IMG/VR virus record: IMGVR_UViG_3300043568_002650
Span: 512 to 64,511 of that record
Direction: 5' to 3' (one strand)
Length of the DNA stretch: 64,000 nt
From: a virus
Taxonomy: Duplodnaviria; Heunggongvirae; Uroviricota; Caudoviricetes
Below, in pieces: positions 1 to 10,004 of the stretch. Below the pieces are notes generated by a model. That model was not told where the DNA came from and made no database searches. It saw nothing but the letters and a program-made list of their open reading frames with translations. The position numbers and the translations under genes were made by a program. Position 1 is the stretch's first letter. Each line of letters begins with the position of its first letter.

Positions 1-130
1 TAATTAAATACATTAATACGTTAGGACAGGAGGTCGATGCGACGACTAAAGGGTTATTAATAAAAGTATATGAGGATGGCAGTCTAGAAAAAATATACAA
101 TTAAGATAAATAATAAAAAAGACTTAGTTT

Positions 131-1954
131 ATGTCGAGTTTAACACTAAACGAGAGTCAGATTCAGCAATTAGACGCATTAAATTCAGTATTTGAAGCAG
201 CTGAGCCTAGACTTTCTAAGATTCTTACCTTTGATAACTTAGTAAATGAGGCACATGCCTTAAGAGTAATTGAATCAAATATTCCAGAAAGTTTACGATT
301 TGACCTTCATCTAGATATGATATTAGGTGAAAGTAGTTATAATATTGCTGATTACTATCGATCACTCTCTAATGGGACAAACTATATTTTAGAGGCAGCT
401 CGAAAAGTATTACCTGATTCTCCATCAATCACTGAATCTATTGAGAGTCTTAAAGAGTACTTAGGTTCTTTACTAAATGAGGAGTCATTAACTTTAGGTA
501 TGCCAACCGATGTTATGTCAATGGCCGCTCCATTAAAGCCACGAAGTGGAGGTTTTTGGGGAACACTTAAAAGCCTATGGAATGCCGTTACTGAAGGAGG
601 ATCAGTTATAGGAATTATTCATTTTATAATCGATATTATTGGTTTAGTTGGTGACTTTATCTTTCCGGGAGTAGGTGTAGTTGCCGACATTATCAATGCA
701 ATTATTTATGCTATTCGTGGAGAATGGTTAATGTGTGCAATCTCAGTTATTGCAGCAGTAGTTATTGGAGCCGGCGATGCTCTAAAACTCGTTAGATTTG
801 CGGCTAAGCCTGGACAAAAAGTATTAACTACTCTTGCAAAAGAAGGAGGATCTAAACAGGCAGCAGAGATGTTGGCAAAAATGCCAGCCAAAGAAAAAGG
901 AGGAGTTATTAAACTTCTTACTGGAATTTTTGGAAATCTTGGTGGAGCTCTAGGAAAAGCTACTTCTCTATTTGGCCAGTTTGTTTCAGCATTCGGTAAA
1001 GTCACAAGCTACATTCCTGGATTAGGCGGAGCTTTAAAATGGATATTTGATGGGCTTGGTAAAACGTTAACTAGTTTTGGAAAAAAAATGTCACTATGTA
1101 GTGCTAACTTTAAATTAGCAACATCTGCTTCTAAAAAAGCGGCAGCTACCGCCGTTGATGCTACACTTAAGGGCGGAGGAGACTTTGTATTTGATGGTCC
1201 TTGGGTAAAAGTATTTAATAAAGAGGGAAAACAGGTAGGTAAGTATCCTGCTAAACAGTTTGAAAAGATCTCAGGTGAAGCTCTTGCTGAAATAACAGCT
1301 AAAAAGGCTGGTTCAAAGGAAGCATCTAAGATTCTATATAAGAATGGTGATGATGTTGCTAAAGTGACTAAGACTTTAGAAAGTCCAGCAGTTCAAGCAT
1401 CTATGAGAAAGAGAGCATATGCTTTCTTTGATACTACGTCATTTTGGAAAGGATCTAAAAGACTATTCAACATAAAAAATCTTTCATTCTTTATTGGTAA
1501 ACAAATCTATAAAATAATTCATAAAACTGATTGGACTGATGGTAAAAAAAATAAGTGGTCTAAGCGAGAAGTTGAAGGTCACGGCAACGGCGCAATGAAT
1601 GATTGGATTGGCGATAAGATAAAGGAAGAAGGAAAACAGGATAAAATATTAATACTTGATTCATCTGATCAAGAAGTAGTAGACCGTGTAACAGATTACC
1701 AAAATCATTTTGCTAAGCTCAATAACGAGCGTAGTGTAATGCAGGTAGTCACTAAACAGTATGACAAGAATGGTCCAGGTGCAGAATTTGCAGATTTCTT
1801 TGATCAAGTCGCAAAAGGTGAAGTTACACGAGGTGGAGCCGGTGATATGGTCGATCATACTATAGCAGATGAACTAAACGTCAAATCTAAACTTACTGAG
1901 AGTGTCGCTACGCTAGTTAGAAAAGTATCAAATTTTTCAGATTTTAATAGATGA
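131..1954 (+). CDS. hypothetical late protein, Gly/Ala-rich hydrophobic segments (possible virion/membrane-active protein)
   Basis: 607 aa ORF after ATAAATA at 106-112; hydrophobic stretch IIGIIHFIIDIIGLVG...VIAAVVIGAG. Confidence 0.7.
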   Translation: MSSLTLNESQIQQLDALNSVFEAAEPRLSKILTFDNLVNEAHALRVIESNIPESLRFDLHLDMILGESSYNIADYYRSLSNGTNYILEAARKVLPDSPSITESIESLKEYLGSLLNEESLTLGMPTDVMSMAAPLKPRSGGFWGTLKSLWNAVTEGGSVIGIIHFIIDIIGLVGDFIFPGVGVVADIINAIIYAIRGEWLMCAISVIAAVVIGAGDALKLVRFAAKPGQKVLTTLAKEGGSKQAAEMLAKMPAKEKGGVIKLLTGIFGNLGGALGKATSLFGQFVSAFGKVTSYIPGLGGALKWIFDGLGKTLTSFGKKMSLCSANFKLATSASKKAAATAVDATLKGGGDFVFDGPWVKVFNKEGKQVGKYPAKQFEKISGEALAEITAKKAGSKEASKILYKNGDDVAKVTKTLESPAVQASMRKRAYAFFDTTSFWKGSKRLFNIKNLSFFIGKQIYKIIHKTDWTDGKKNKWSKREVEGHGNGAMNDWIGDKIKEEGKQDKILILDSSDQEVVDRVTDYQNHFAKLNNERSVMQVVTKQYDKNGPGAEFADFFDQVAKGEVTRGGAGDMVDHTIADELNVKSKLTESVATLVRKVSNFSDFNR

Positions 1955-2799
1955 AATTAAAAAATTTTAAAAGTTACTCAAGTCACTATTCAAAGGATCC
2001 AAAAAACTTTGAAAAAAGGATTGCTCTTGCCTCAACTGGTGGGGAGTCTCCATTATTTGATAACTATTCAACCTTTGAGGATACTCTAAGTATCGAAAAA
2101 TCAGTTCCTGTCATAATTTGGGGTAATTTTAAATTTTCAAATATTAATGAAAATTTCTGTAGCGTAGTATATAACCAAAAAAATATTCCAACTAGAGACG
2201 AAATATCATCTGCTTTTCAAGAAGAGGACTTTATTCCAAATATAGTAAAGGATCGATCTTCAATAAAGAAGATGAAATTTCCAATCGTTGGGGTTTCCGG
2301 TGAAGACGAAGAGGAATTTAAAACATACGGACAATTTAAGAAATCTGAGAAATTCTTCAATCACTTTAGAGAAAAATTAACACCTACTTCTAGATTTGAA
2401 ATATTAGTAGTGGATGATACACCAGTTCATGCACAAAAGAAGATTGCTAATACTCCATTTGATATTGACTTAAGTCGATGGAAACACCTAGGTGAAGCTG
2501 AGTCAATCTGTAAAAAGATTCACTCTAAATATTCTCCTGAATTCTATATCGTAACTGTTCTTGAAGCTAATGGAAAAATCTATCTTGATTCAATTACTAG
2601 AAATGTAAATCTTACACCAGTGCAGAGCGTAAAATTATATGAATCTGCATATCAAAAATATTATGAAACTAGTCTACCTTCGTGGTTTAGAAAAAAGACA
2701 TTTGACGATCATATAAAACCATACTATACTAAAAAGTATTATGATACTCTGCTATTTAAACCTACTGGAGTAATCGATTACCAGAAATACTTAGATTAA
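1951..2799 (+). CDS. hypothetical protein, weak ATP-grasp-like resemblance
   Basis: 282 aa ORF overlapping upstream stop (ATGA); KMKFPIVG...FREK...RFEILVVDD loosely RimK-like. Confidence 0.55.
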   Translation: MKLKNFKSYSSHYSKDPKNFEKRIALASTGGESPLFDNYSTFEDTLSIEKSVPVIIWGNFKFSNINENFCSVVYNQKNIPTRDEISSAFQEEDFIPNIVKDRSSIKKMKFPIVGVSGEDEEEFKTYGQFKKSEKFFNHFREKLTPTSRFEILVVDDTPVHAQKKIANTPFDIDLSRWKHLGEAESICKKIHSKYSPEFYIVTVLEANGKIYLDSITRNVNLTPVQSVKLYESAYQKYYETSLPSWFRKKTFDDHIKPYYTKKYYDTLLFKPTGVIDYQKYLD

Positions 2800-2829
2800 T
2801 AATTATCAAACATAACTCTAAAGATAACA

Positions 2830-3324
2830 ATGTTAAGTTTTAACGACTTTTTAAACGAAAAATGGGGAGAGGACATTCAATTAAAAGAGCGTCGTGCCGT
2901 CGGTATTGTAGTGTTATGGAATAACCGAATACTCTTGATCCATCCAACTAATTCATCGTGGAAGAAATCTACATGTGGAATACCTAAAGGTAAGCTTGAA
3001 CAGGGCGAAGATTTTTTAGCTGGCGCTCTTAGAGAACTTGAAGAAGAGACTGGAATAAGATTAGACGCGTCTCAATTGGATCCAGAGCAACACAAAATTG
3101 ATTTCTATAATCACAAGAATGAAGTCGATGGTCACTTAATATATTTTGTTTGCGAGATTATGGACCTCTCAGAAATAGGCCTGGTATCTGACCGACTACC
3201 TAAAAGTCAACTTCAATTAGAAGAGGTAGATTGGGGTAAATTTGTCACCGCGGAAGAAGCATATCCAATTATTTCTAGAAATCAAATGATCATTCTAGAT
3301 AGACATCTTACTCTAAATAAATAA
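2830..3324 (+). CDS. NUDIX hydrolase
   Basis: Nudix box GKLEQGEDFLAGALRELEEETGI; N-terminus MLSFNDFLNE. Confidence 0.92.
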   Translation: MLSFNDFLNEKWGEDIQLKERRAVGIVVLWNNRILLIHPTNSSWKKSTCGIPKGKLEQGEDFLAGALRELEEETGIRLDASQLDPEQHKIDFYNHKNEVDGHLIYFVCEIMDLSEIGLVSDRLPKSQLQLEEVDWGKFVTAEEAYPIISRNQMIILDRHLTLNK

Positions 3325-3342
3325 CTAAAATACTTTAATTTT

Positions 3343-4722
3343 GTGAGTTTACTTAATTTCAATACATGGCATAGTTTAAATGAAGCAGTTACATTTGATA
3401 AGAGTGCAAATTATGCAGATAAAACATTTGGTTATCCAGTAGGAGCAGTAGATACAACTAAAGTTTTTCTAGGCGGGACTGGTAGTGATTGGGGCGGTAG
3501 CATGCAACGAGCTCTATGGTTTGCGAGAACAGCAGACGATTGGGCAAAGTCAAATGGAAAAAATGGAAGTCTAATCAGCTCTCAAAAAAGATCTAGGGTC
3601 TTGACTGCTTCCGGTAATACCTCAGACCACTATAAAGGAAACAATAATACATATGCAGTAGATATTGCTGCTTCTGGAACAGAAGGTGATACTTTGCTTG
3701 CATACATAATGGAAAAGTTTGGGCATCCTGAATATAAAGGAGGTTCATGGTTTAATATCACAATTGATGGCTATCGATATCAAGTAGGATGGAAAGTAAA
3801 AAACCATTTTGACCACATTCATGTTGGTGTAAAGAGGACAGTCGGTGAAAGAATAGAATCAGCAGTTAATAAAGTAAAGGAGTCGCTAGGTGCAAAGCTA
3901 GTAAAAAATCCAAAGATTGCCGAATGGTTAAAGAAAAACATACCTAATGCAGTGACTAGTGAAAAACTTGATAGTATTTTAGCGGCTGATCCTAAGACAT
4001 TTGAATGGTTCAAAAGGACCTTTAACTTAAATGATGCTGGTGATTCACTAGTCTCGACTGACCTGACTACTGCAAATATAAAATCTAATTATACTGGAGA
4101 AAAAGCAACCAACATTAATTTATTAGTTAATGAAATAACTGCTCTTGGCGTCACCAATAAATATGCAATAGTCGGTATGTTATCTACTATAGGCAAGGAG
4201 AGCGGATTTGTTCCTAAGAATGAGATCCCATATAAGTCAACCAGTAATGCACGAATTCGAAAAATATTTGGATCCAGAGTAAAAGGATTAACTGACGATG
4301 AGTTAACTGCCCTAAAAAACAATGATATTAAGTTTTGGGATCGAGTATATGGATCAGATGATCCTACTGGAAAGTCACAACAGTATGGAAATAATAATCC
4401 TGGAGATGGAGCCAAATACTTAGGTCGAGGTTTTAATGGAATTACATTTAAAAGTAACTATAAAAAATATGGTGATGCAATCGGAATGGATCTTGTCGCT
4501 AATCCTGAATCTCTAAATGATCCAGCAGTTGCAGCAAAGGCTGCCGTAAAATTCTTGTTAAATGGACTAAAAACCAAAGGTATTGACCCAAATAGTTTTA
4601 CTGATAAAAAAGATGCTATTCATGCATTCGTACAAGTAAACGCTGGGCTTGGTTCAAATATCGAAGGTTCTGAGACTCTTGCAAATGCAATAAAAGTATC
4701 AGATAATTTTAATCTAGCCTAA
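3343..4722 (+). CDS. two-domain peptidoglycan hydrolase (M15-like peptidase plus GH19-like glycosidase)
   Basis: SDHYKG..AVDIA..HFDHIHVG metal motif; YLGRGFNGITFKSNYKKYG...DLVANPE GH19-like motif; GTG start. Confidence 0.75.
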   Translation: MSLLNFNTWHSLNEAVTFDKSANYADKTFGYPVGAVDTTKVFLGGTGSDWGGSMQRALWFARTADDWAKSNGKNGSLISSQKRSRVLTASGNTSDHYKGNNNTYAVDIAASGTEGDTLLAYIMEKFGHPEYKGGSWFNITIDGYRYQVGWKVKNHFDHIHVGVKRTVGERIESAVNKVKESLGAKLVKNPKIAEWLKKNIPNAVTSEKLDSILAADPKTFEWFKRTFNLNDAGDSLVSTDLTTANIKSNYTGEKATNINLLVNEITALGVTNKYAIVGMLSTIGKESGFVPKNEIPYKSTSNARIRKIFGSRVKGLTDDELTALKNNDIKFWDRVYGSDDPTGKSQQYGNNNPGDGAKYLGRGFNGITFKSNYKKYGDAIGMDLVANPESLNDPAVAAKAAVKFLLNGLKTKGIDPNSFTDKKDAIHAFVQVNAGLGSNIEGSETLANAIKVSDNFNLA

Positions 4723-4767
4723 AACCTGAACAGATTATTTAGTTTAATACTCTAAAATATTAAACAT

Positions 4768-5259
4768 ATGTCTGAAGAAACAATCAACATCGAAGAACAA
4801 GAAGTATTAATCGAAGATACTCAATCTGAAACTATGCCAGAATCTGAAGGAGTGGTAGAAGAACCTCAAGCCGAACTTAGTGAATTAGATAAAGCCATTC
4901 AAGCTAGAATGGGTCATTTTGCTATCAATATTTCACCAGCTGACCTGAAATATATTAAGAACTTGCTAAATAACAAGATCGAATGGAAAGGTCCAAATGA
5001 GGCTTATTTAATGCTAATGGCTCTTCTCTCTATCTCTAGCGAGCTTAAGGAGAGAGATTCATCATCAAATGAAAGATTACAAGTACAGTTGCCTTCAACT
5101 ACCTTAGAATCAATCAACTTCTTCTTAAATCGTGTTACTGGTAAAGGCGAAGAATCTGCACATAGACTGTTCGCAGTGTCAATGTTACTTCGACCATCAA
5201 TGGAAGAAATTAAAAAACTTGACGAAACTATCGAAAAGTTACAATCTGAGGAAAAATAA
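4768..5259 (+). CDS. hypothetical protein
   Basis: 163 aa ORF, acidic N-terminus. Confidence 0.75.
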   Translation: MSEETINIEEQEVLIEDTQSETMPESEGVVEEPQAELSELDKAIQARMGHFAINISPADLKYIKNLLNNKIEWKGPNEAYLMLMALLSISSELKERDSSSNERLQVQLPSTTLESINFFLNRVTGKGEESAHRLFAVSMLLRPSMEEIKKLDETIEKLQSEEK

Positions 5260-5297
5260 ATCTATCCTTAGATAAATAATAAAAAAGTTTATTAAAG

Positions 5298-5642
5298 ATG
5301 AAAGTAAAGAACTTTGCAGGATTTATGAAAACGCGCAAAATGAATGAGAACGAGGAATATTCAGAAAACCAATATGGTACTGATGAATATGGCGATGGCG
5401 AGTTCGAAGCAGGTATGTATGGAGCTAATCCAGAAGACGAAGAAGAGCCAGAAGAGGGTGCTGAAGAAGGTGCTGAAGAAGGTGAAGAAGAGTTGACAAT
5501 GGAAGATCTTAAAGCGATGATTGACGATCTTACTGAAAGAGTTAAGAAACTTGAGCCAGAAGAGGAAGAAGAACCTGAAGAAGGAGAAGAGGGAGCTGAA
5601 GGCGAAGAAGATGCTGAAGGCGAAGCTGAACCTGCCGTATAA
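5298..5642 (+). CDS. very acidic late protein (candidate head internal/core protein)
   Basis: ATAAATA at 5272; MKVKNFAGFMKTRKMNE then Glu-rich repeats. Confidence 0.75.
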   Translation: MKVKNFAGFMKTRKMNENEEYSENQYGTDEYGDGEFEAGMYGANPEDEEEPEEGAEEGAEEGEEELTMEDLKAMIDDLTERVKKLEPEEEEEPEEGEEGAEGEEDAEGEAEPAV

Positions 5643-5738
5643 TTCATAAATCACTTAATTAAGAAACTAAAGCGAATGGAAACATTCGCTTTTTTAGTTT
5701 ATCCAAATAAGATAAATAATAAAAACATTCTAAATAGA

Positions 5739-6056
5739 ATGAAAGTACATAATTTTACTCAATTTATAACTTCTCGTAAAACTAACGAAAACTCAGATCT
5801 TGACTGGAGTGATAAAAATTGGAGCGACCGAGATATTGAAGGAGTAAATCCACCTAACTCTGGTTTTGAAGGAACCAGTGCAGAAAAAATGGACTATACT
5901 GCAGGTGATTATGGTGAAACTGGCGAGAAAGATGCACTATTCGATGAAGAAGAGGATCCAATTAAAATTAAAGAGGGCATGGAAAATATGAAAGCCTTAA
6001 TTGATGATCTTACTGAAAGAATCAATATGCTAACCAAGAATAAAACTACTAAATAA
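5739..6056 (+). CDS. acidic late protein, paralog of 5298-5642
   Basis: ATAAATA at 5712 favours ATG 5739; shares MKV.NF..F...RK.NEN and KA.IDDLTER. Confidence 0.75.
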   Translation: MKVHNFTQFITSRKTNENSDLDWSDKNWSDRDIEGVNPPNSGFEGTSAEKMDYTAGDYGETGEKDALFDEEEDPIKIKEGMENMKALIDDLTERINMLTKNKTTK

Positions 6057-6493
6057 TGAGCCAGTTTGTAAGAAATAAAAGAGTATTACTATTCGAAGAG
6101 CACTGTAGAAAGAATGACATTGATGGTAAAGAGGTAGACGCTAAGATCTCAGGTGTACCACTAAAGTTAGTAGTTGCTTCAACTCCTCAAAGTCAAATGA
6201 AGGGATATAGCGATTCTAAAGCATCTCCCAGTGGAGATAATGGCATGCTCTTTGTATACGATGATGATCAGCCGCTCTCTTTTTGGATGAAGGGAGTAAA
6301 ATTTGGACTTGATATTATCTTTTTTGATACTAATATGCAATATATTGATCACCATGCCATGGAACCTGGACATGAAGTAGAAGAGAGGAATCTTCCTAAA
6401 TATCAGTCAAAGCAACCTGCCAGATTTGCAGTTGAGCTTCCTTCAGGTTGGTGTGAAAAAAACATGGACTCTGATTGTAAACTTTCTTTTTAA
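6056..6493 (+). CDS. DUF192 family protein
   Basis: ASTPQSQMKG...GMLFVY...SFWMKGVKFGLDIIFFD...FAVELPSG. Confidence 0.85.
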   Translation: MSQFVRNKRVLLFEEHCRKNDIDGKEVDAKISGVPLKLVVASTPQSQMKGYSDSKASPSGDNGMLFVYDDDQPLSFWMKGVKFGLDIIFFDTNMQYIDHHAMEPGHEVEERNLPKYQSKQPARFAVELPSGWCEKNMDSDCKLSF

Positions 6494-6521
6494 TTTAGTA
6501 CTTTAACTAAAAGGAAAAACT

Positions 6522-7826
6522 ATGCTCCATACAGAAGACTTTCGAGAACTCCGAGAATTTGTCAATGAGATGAATTCGTCTAATTCTACTAATCATAAAG
6601 TAGAAGTCCTTACGAAATACCAATATCATCCATTTATTAAACGAGTCCTATTCTATACGTATCATCCGTATTGGAATTTTGGATTAACCTCAGCCAATCT
6701 TAAAAAGCGCGAAGATCTTATTGCACCATCTGAAGTGTATGATGATCTCTTCTTAATGCTTGATGATTTTAATGAGCGGCATATGACTGGTCACTCTGCA
6801 ATTGAGGCAATGAATCGCTTTATTAAAGATTATGAAGCATGGTCTGACCTAATTTATCAAATAATTGATCGTAACCTTGAGACCCGAGCAACAGTTACCT
6901 TAATCAATCGAGTTAATCCCAAGTTTATTCCAACTTTTGATGTTGCCTTGGCTCATGATGCAGCTAAAGTAAAAGGTGTCAATATTTTTGATGGTACCTG
7001 GTTTGTTTCCAGAAAATTGGATGGAGTGCGATGTATCTGCTTTGTTCATGGTGATGATGTGAGATTCTTTTCACGTAATGGTAAAGAGTTCCTGACCTTA
7101 GGAAAGGTAGCAGAGGAAATTAGACGCTTAGGGATCACTGACCTAGTATTGGATGGTGAATTATGTCTCATGAATGAAGATGGCTCAGATGACTTCCAGG
7201 GAATCCTGAAACAAATACAACGTAAGGACCATACTATTGAGAATCCAAGATACCAAATCTTTGATATCCTGCAGGCTGGCGAATTTGCAGGTGATGATGA
7301 GTCTCCTCTATTTTCTACCCGAATCGATTGTAGAGAACACTGGTTAGGCGACTTAAAATCATCAACTATCTTGGAGATGCTGCCTCAAGTCAGAATTAAA
7401 GATGAGGATGCTCTAGAGGAATTAAAAGCTCAATCTAAAGATTCTAATTGGGAAGGACTAATTGCTCGACGAGATACCAACTATTCTTCAGGTCGGTCAA
7501 AACACATGCTTAAGATCAAAGAGTTTTTTGATGCTGAATATGTTGTTACTGGCTTGATTATGGGACCACAAAGGGTGATCGTTAATGGTAAAGAGGTTGA
7601 GGAGGACATGTTAAGTGCAGTCACAATAGATCATAAAGGTTCTCAAGTTCAAGTAGGAAGTGGTTTCACCATAGAACAACGTCGTCACTATTACCGAAAT
7701 ATTGGAGAGATTATGGGAGCAACGATTACAGTTCAATACTTCGAGGAAACAACTGATCAGCATGGCAATAATTCCCTAAGATTTCCAGTATTTAAAGGGA
7801 ACCATGGAAAAACTCGTAGTATATAA
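6522..7826 (+). CDS. lig: ATP-dependent DNA ligase
   Basis: KLDGVR adenylation motif, LDGEL, EGLIAR, LKIKEFFDAE, VGSGFT, LRFPVF. Confidence 0.95.
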   Translation: MLHTEDFRELREFVNEMNSSNSTNHKVEVLTKYQYHPFIKRVLFYTYHPYWNFGLTSANLKKREDLIAPSEVYDDLFLMLDDFNERHMTGHSAIEAMNRFIKDYEAWSDLIYQIIDRNLETRATVTLINRVNPKFIPTFDVALAHDAAKVKGVNIFDGTWFVSRKLDGVRCICFVHGDDVRFFSRNGKEFLTLGKVAEEIRRLGITDLVLDGELCLMNEDGSDDFQGILKQIQRKDHTIENPRYQIFDILQAGEFAGDDESPLFSTRIDCREHWLGDLKSSTILEMLPQVRIKDEDALEELKAQSKDSNWEGLIARRDTNYSSGRSKHMLKIKEFFDAEYVVTGLIMGPQRVIVNGKEVEEDMLSAVTIDHKGSQVQVGSGFTIEQRRHYYRNIGEIMGATITVQYFEETTDQHGNNSLRFPVFKGNHGKTRSI

Positions 7827-7830
7827 TACT

Positions 7831-8124
7831 ATGTCATTCAATAAGAAAAGAATACCTGAATTAGCTGAATTAAAACAAAATCACTCAGTATTAGGAGATA
7901 GTTATCTTGAGCAATTTAGATCATGTGATGCCCTAATCGGCCCAATTGATTCTGGAAAATATTTAGATGAATTTTTTAAATCTAAAAATCCTGACTCTAT
8001 TTCACAAGTACTCTCTCTTCTTATTGAGGCAAAGGAATTACTTCTTAATCGAGGAAGTTCAAAATACATGGATGATTTTAATAATCTACAGGAAGTAATT
8101 AATTCAATAACAAATAAACAATAA
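7831..8124 (+). CDS. hypothetical protein
   Basis: ORF in operon; ATG 7831 avoids overlap with ligase. Confidence 0.65.
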   Translation: MSFNKKRIPELAELKQNHSVLGDSYLEQFRSCDALIGPIDSGKYLDEFFKSKNPDSISQVLSLLIEAKELLLNRGSSKYMDDFNNLQEVINSITNKQ

Positions 8125-8127
8125 ATT

Positions 8128-8328
8128 ATGTATTACATCGCAAAAGTAAAGTTTGAGACAATTGATGATCAAACCGGAAGACCAAAAAAGATTTACGAAC
8201 AATATCTAGTAGATGCTGGATCGATCTCGGAAGCCGAAGAGCTACTAAAAGAAAGATTTAAAGATTCTATTGCTGAGTTTTCAGTAGTGAGTGTAGTTGA
8301 GTCCAAAATCATGGGAATCGTTAAGTAA
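8128..8328 (+). CDS. DUF4494-like protein (Bacteroidota-type)
   Basis: YIAKVKFE...KKIYEQYLVDAGSISEAE. Confidence 0.7.
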   Translation: MYYIAKVKFETIDDQTGRPKKIYEQYLVDAGSISEAEELLKERFKDSIAEFSVVSVVESKIMGIVK

Positions 8329-8330
8329 GT

Positions 8331-8636
8331 ATGAAAAAGATGCCAACCAAAGTCGCAGAACGTGTCTATGATGTGTTGTGCAAGTTTGCAGAAGCGAATC
8401 CGAATCACTATGAAAAGGAGACTTTCATTTTTCACTTCGGTGTCTTAAGTACAACGTCGTCAACCTATAAACTTAACTGCATGGATGATGCTCAACGAAC
8501 ATTCCATTGTAGTTCTACTGGAAAAATGAGAGTTGATGGAACCAATTCAGGTAAAGTCAATGGAATACTATGGAAAATGTCCGAAGAGCTAATGTCAAAA
8601 AACATTGAACCTGATGCAATTTCAAGTACCGATTGA
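8331..8636 (+). CDS. hypothetical protein
   Basis: ORF in tightly packed operon. Confidence 0.7.
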   Translation: MKKMPTKVAERVYDVLCKFAEANPNHYEKETFIFHFGVLSTTSSTYKLNCMDDAQRTFHCSSTGKMRVDGTNSGKVNGILWKMSEELMSKNIEPDAISSTD

Positions 8637-9042
8637 GAAAGATTTAGCCTTTACTCAGGATCTATTTTCCTTGATTTCAAAAAATATTTCTGACCTTGCC
8701 GGAGAATACGAAAAACTTCCTAGTAAAATAATCTTTATGGGAAACATTGGAGAGGAGCTATTAGCTTTTATCCAAGAGAAGGAATGGAATTTTAAAGGAT
8801 TTGAACTTGAGAGCGCTAGTAGTATATTAGACGCTCTCATTTTTAAATATAGTGCTCCACTTACCCAAGTGGATGGGCGAATGGGTACTCTATTTGATGG
8901 AGGTACTCTACACGGAAAGGAGATAAATGGAATCCCTGGACCAGAAACAGCACAAAAAATTATCTCAACGTATGCCTCTCCGAGTTTTATATTAGAGAGA
9001 ACAGTGAGACCGGAAAAACGAATATTATTAGTTAGAAAATGA
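8605..9042 (+). CDS. hypothetical protein
   Basis: ORF in operon; start uncertain (ATG 8614 possible). Confidence 0.65.
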   Translation: MNLMQFQVPIEKDLAFTQDLFSLISKNISDLAGEYEKLPSKIIFMGNIGEELLAFIQEKEWNFKGFELESASSILDALIFKYSAPLTQVDGRMGTLFDGGTLHGKEINGIPGPETAQKIISTYASPSFILERTVRPEKRILLVRK

Positions 9043-9560
9043 GTATAGTTCGATTTATTGCAGATCCTCATCTAGGTCACTTAAATATGGCAAAGCGTCG
9101 TGGGTTTAATTCTTTTGAAGAACATGATGAATACTTTATTAAGCAGTGGAACTCAGTAGTTGGTAAACGAGATCTTACCTATATCCTAGGAGACATTACA
9201 ATGGAATCCTCCAAATACTATCATCTATTAGATAGGTTAAATGGTCGAAAAATTGTAGTTGGCGGAAATCATGATAAACCAGGACATACTAAAGAACTGT
9301 TAAAATATGTAGAGTCAATTGTTGGAATGATTCAATATAAAGGTATCTTCTTGACCCACTGTCCAGTTCATCCACGAGAAATGGAATATCGAATTAAACA
9401 TAATATCCACGGACACATTCATGAAAATCGAATAGAATACAGCATACGATTTCTTGGTATCAAATTATTTTCTCGAGTAGATCGTCGATATCACTGTGTT
9501 TCATGTGAACATGTTAATTATACTCCAAAGACTCTAAAAGAATTGGGAATCACTCGATGA
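9039..9560 (+). CDS. calcineurin-like metallophosphoesterase
   Basis: ADPHLGH, LGD, GNHD, LTHCP, IHGHIH motifs. Confidence 0.9.
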   Translation: MSIVRFIADPHLGHLNMAKRRGFNSFEEHDEYFIKQWNSVVGKRDLTYILGDITMESSKYYHLLDRLNGRKIVVGGNHDKPGHTKELLKYVESIVGMIQYKGIFLTHCPVHPREMEYRIKHNIHGHIHENRIEYSIRFLGIKLFSRVDRRYHCVSCEHVNYTPKTLKELGITR

Positions 9561-9844
9561 TTAGATCAATAATTAATTGGGAACTTTGGCATAAACTTAA
9601 AGGAAAAGATCGCAAGATCGATACTGAATACGCATTTAAAAAAGAAAAAAGAATGGGACATAAGACTATTGAAGTTTGTTTAGGTGTTGGAATGAATCAA
9701 ATCTTTCCAGAATACACTAAGATTGAGATTCATCAGCTATCTAAAAAGGAGGAATATACTGAACGAGAAAGAAGATTAGCTGAGATGATGAAGCTTGATC
9801 AGGATCTTGGATTATATGACGAACTTCCACATGGAGAAAAATAA
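9557..9844 (+). CDS. hypothetical protein
   Basis: ATGA overlap with upstream stop. Confidence 0.65.
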   Translation: MIRSIINWELWHKLKGKDRKIDTEYAFKKEKRMGHKTIEVCLGVGMNQIFPEYTKIEIHQLSKKEEYTERERRLAEMMKLDQDLGLYDELPHGEK

Positions 9845-10004
9845 AAAGCCTCTTCCTTGTAATTTTGATCACAATGGGGAGTGTCTCATTTGCGATTGCT
9901 GGCCTGAAAACTGTGCATACACCAGATATTTGCAGGAAGACTATAAGTGGGAAACTAAAGAAGAACTAGAAGAAATGTTTAAGGACTATGAACAACCTCG
10001 ATAA
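9795..10004 (+). CDS. small Cys-rich hypothetical protein
   Basis: C..H..ECLICDCWPENC; true start probably downstream. Confidence 0.5.
   Translation: MIRILDYMTNFHMEKNKKPLPCNFDHNGECLICDCWPENCAYTRYLQEDYKWETKEELEEMFKDYEQPR

Noticed and set aside
5228-5654. - strand ORFs 5228-5647 and 5361-5654
   Set aside because: Ser/Phe-rich shadows of the Glu-rich + strand gene.
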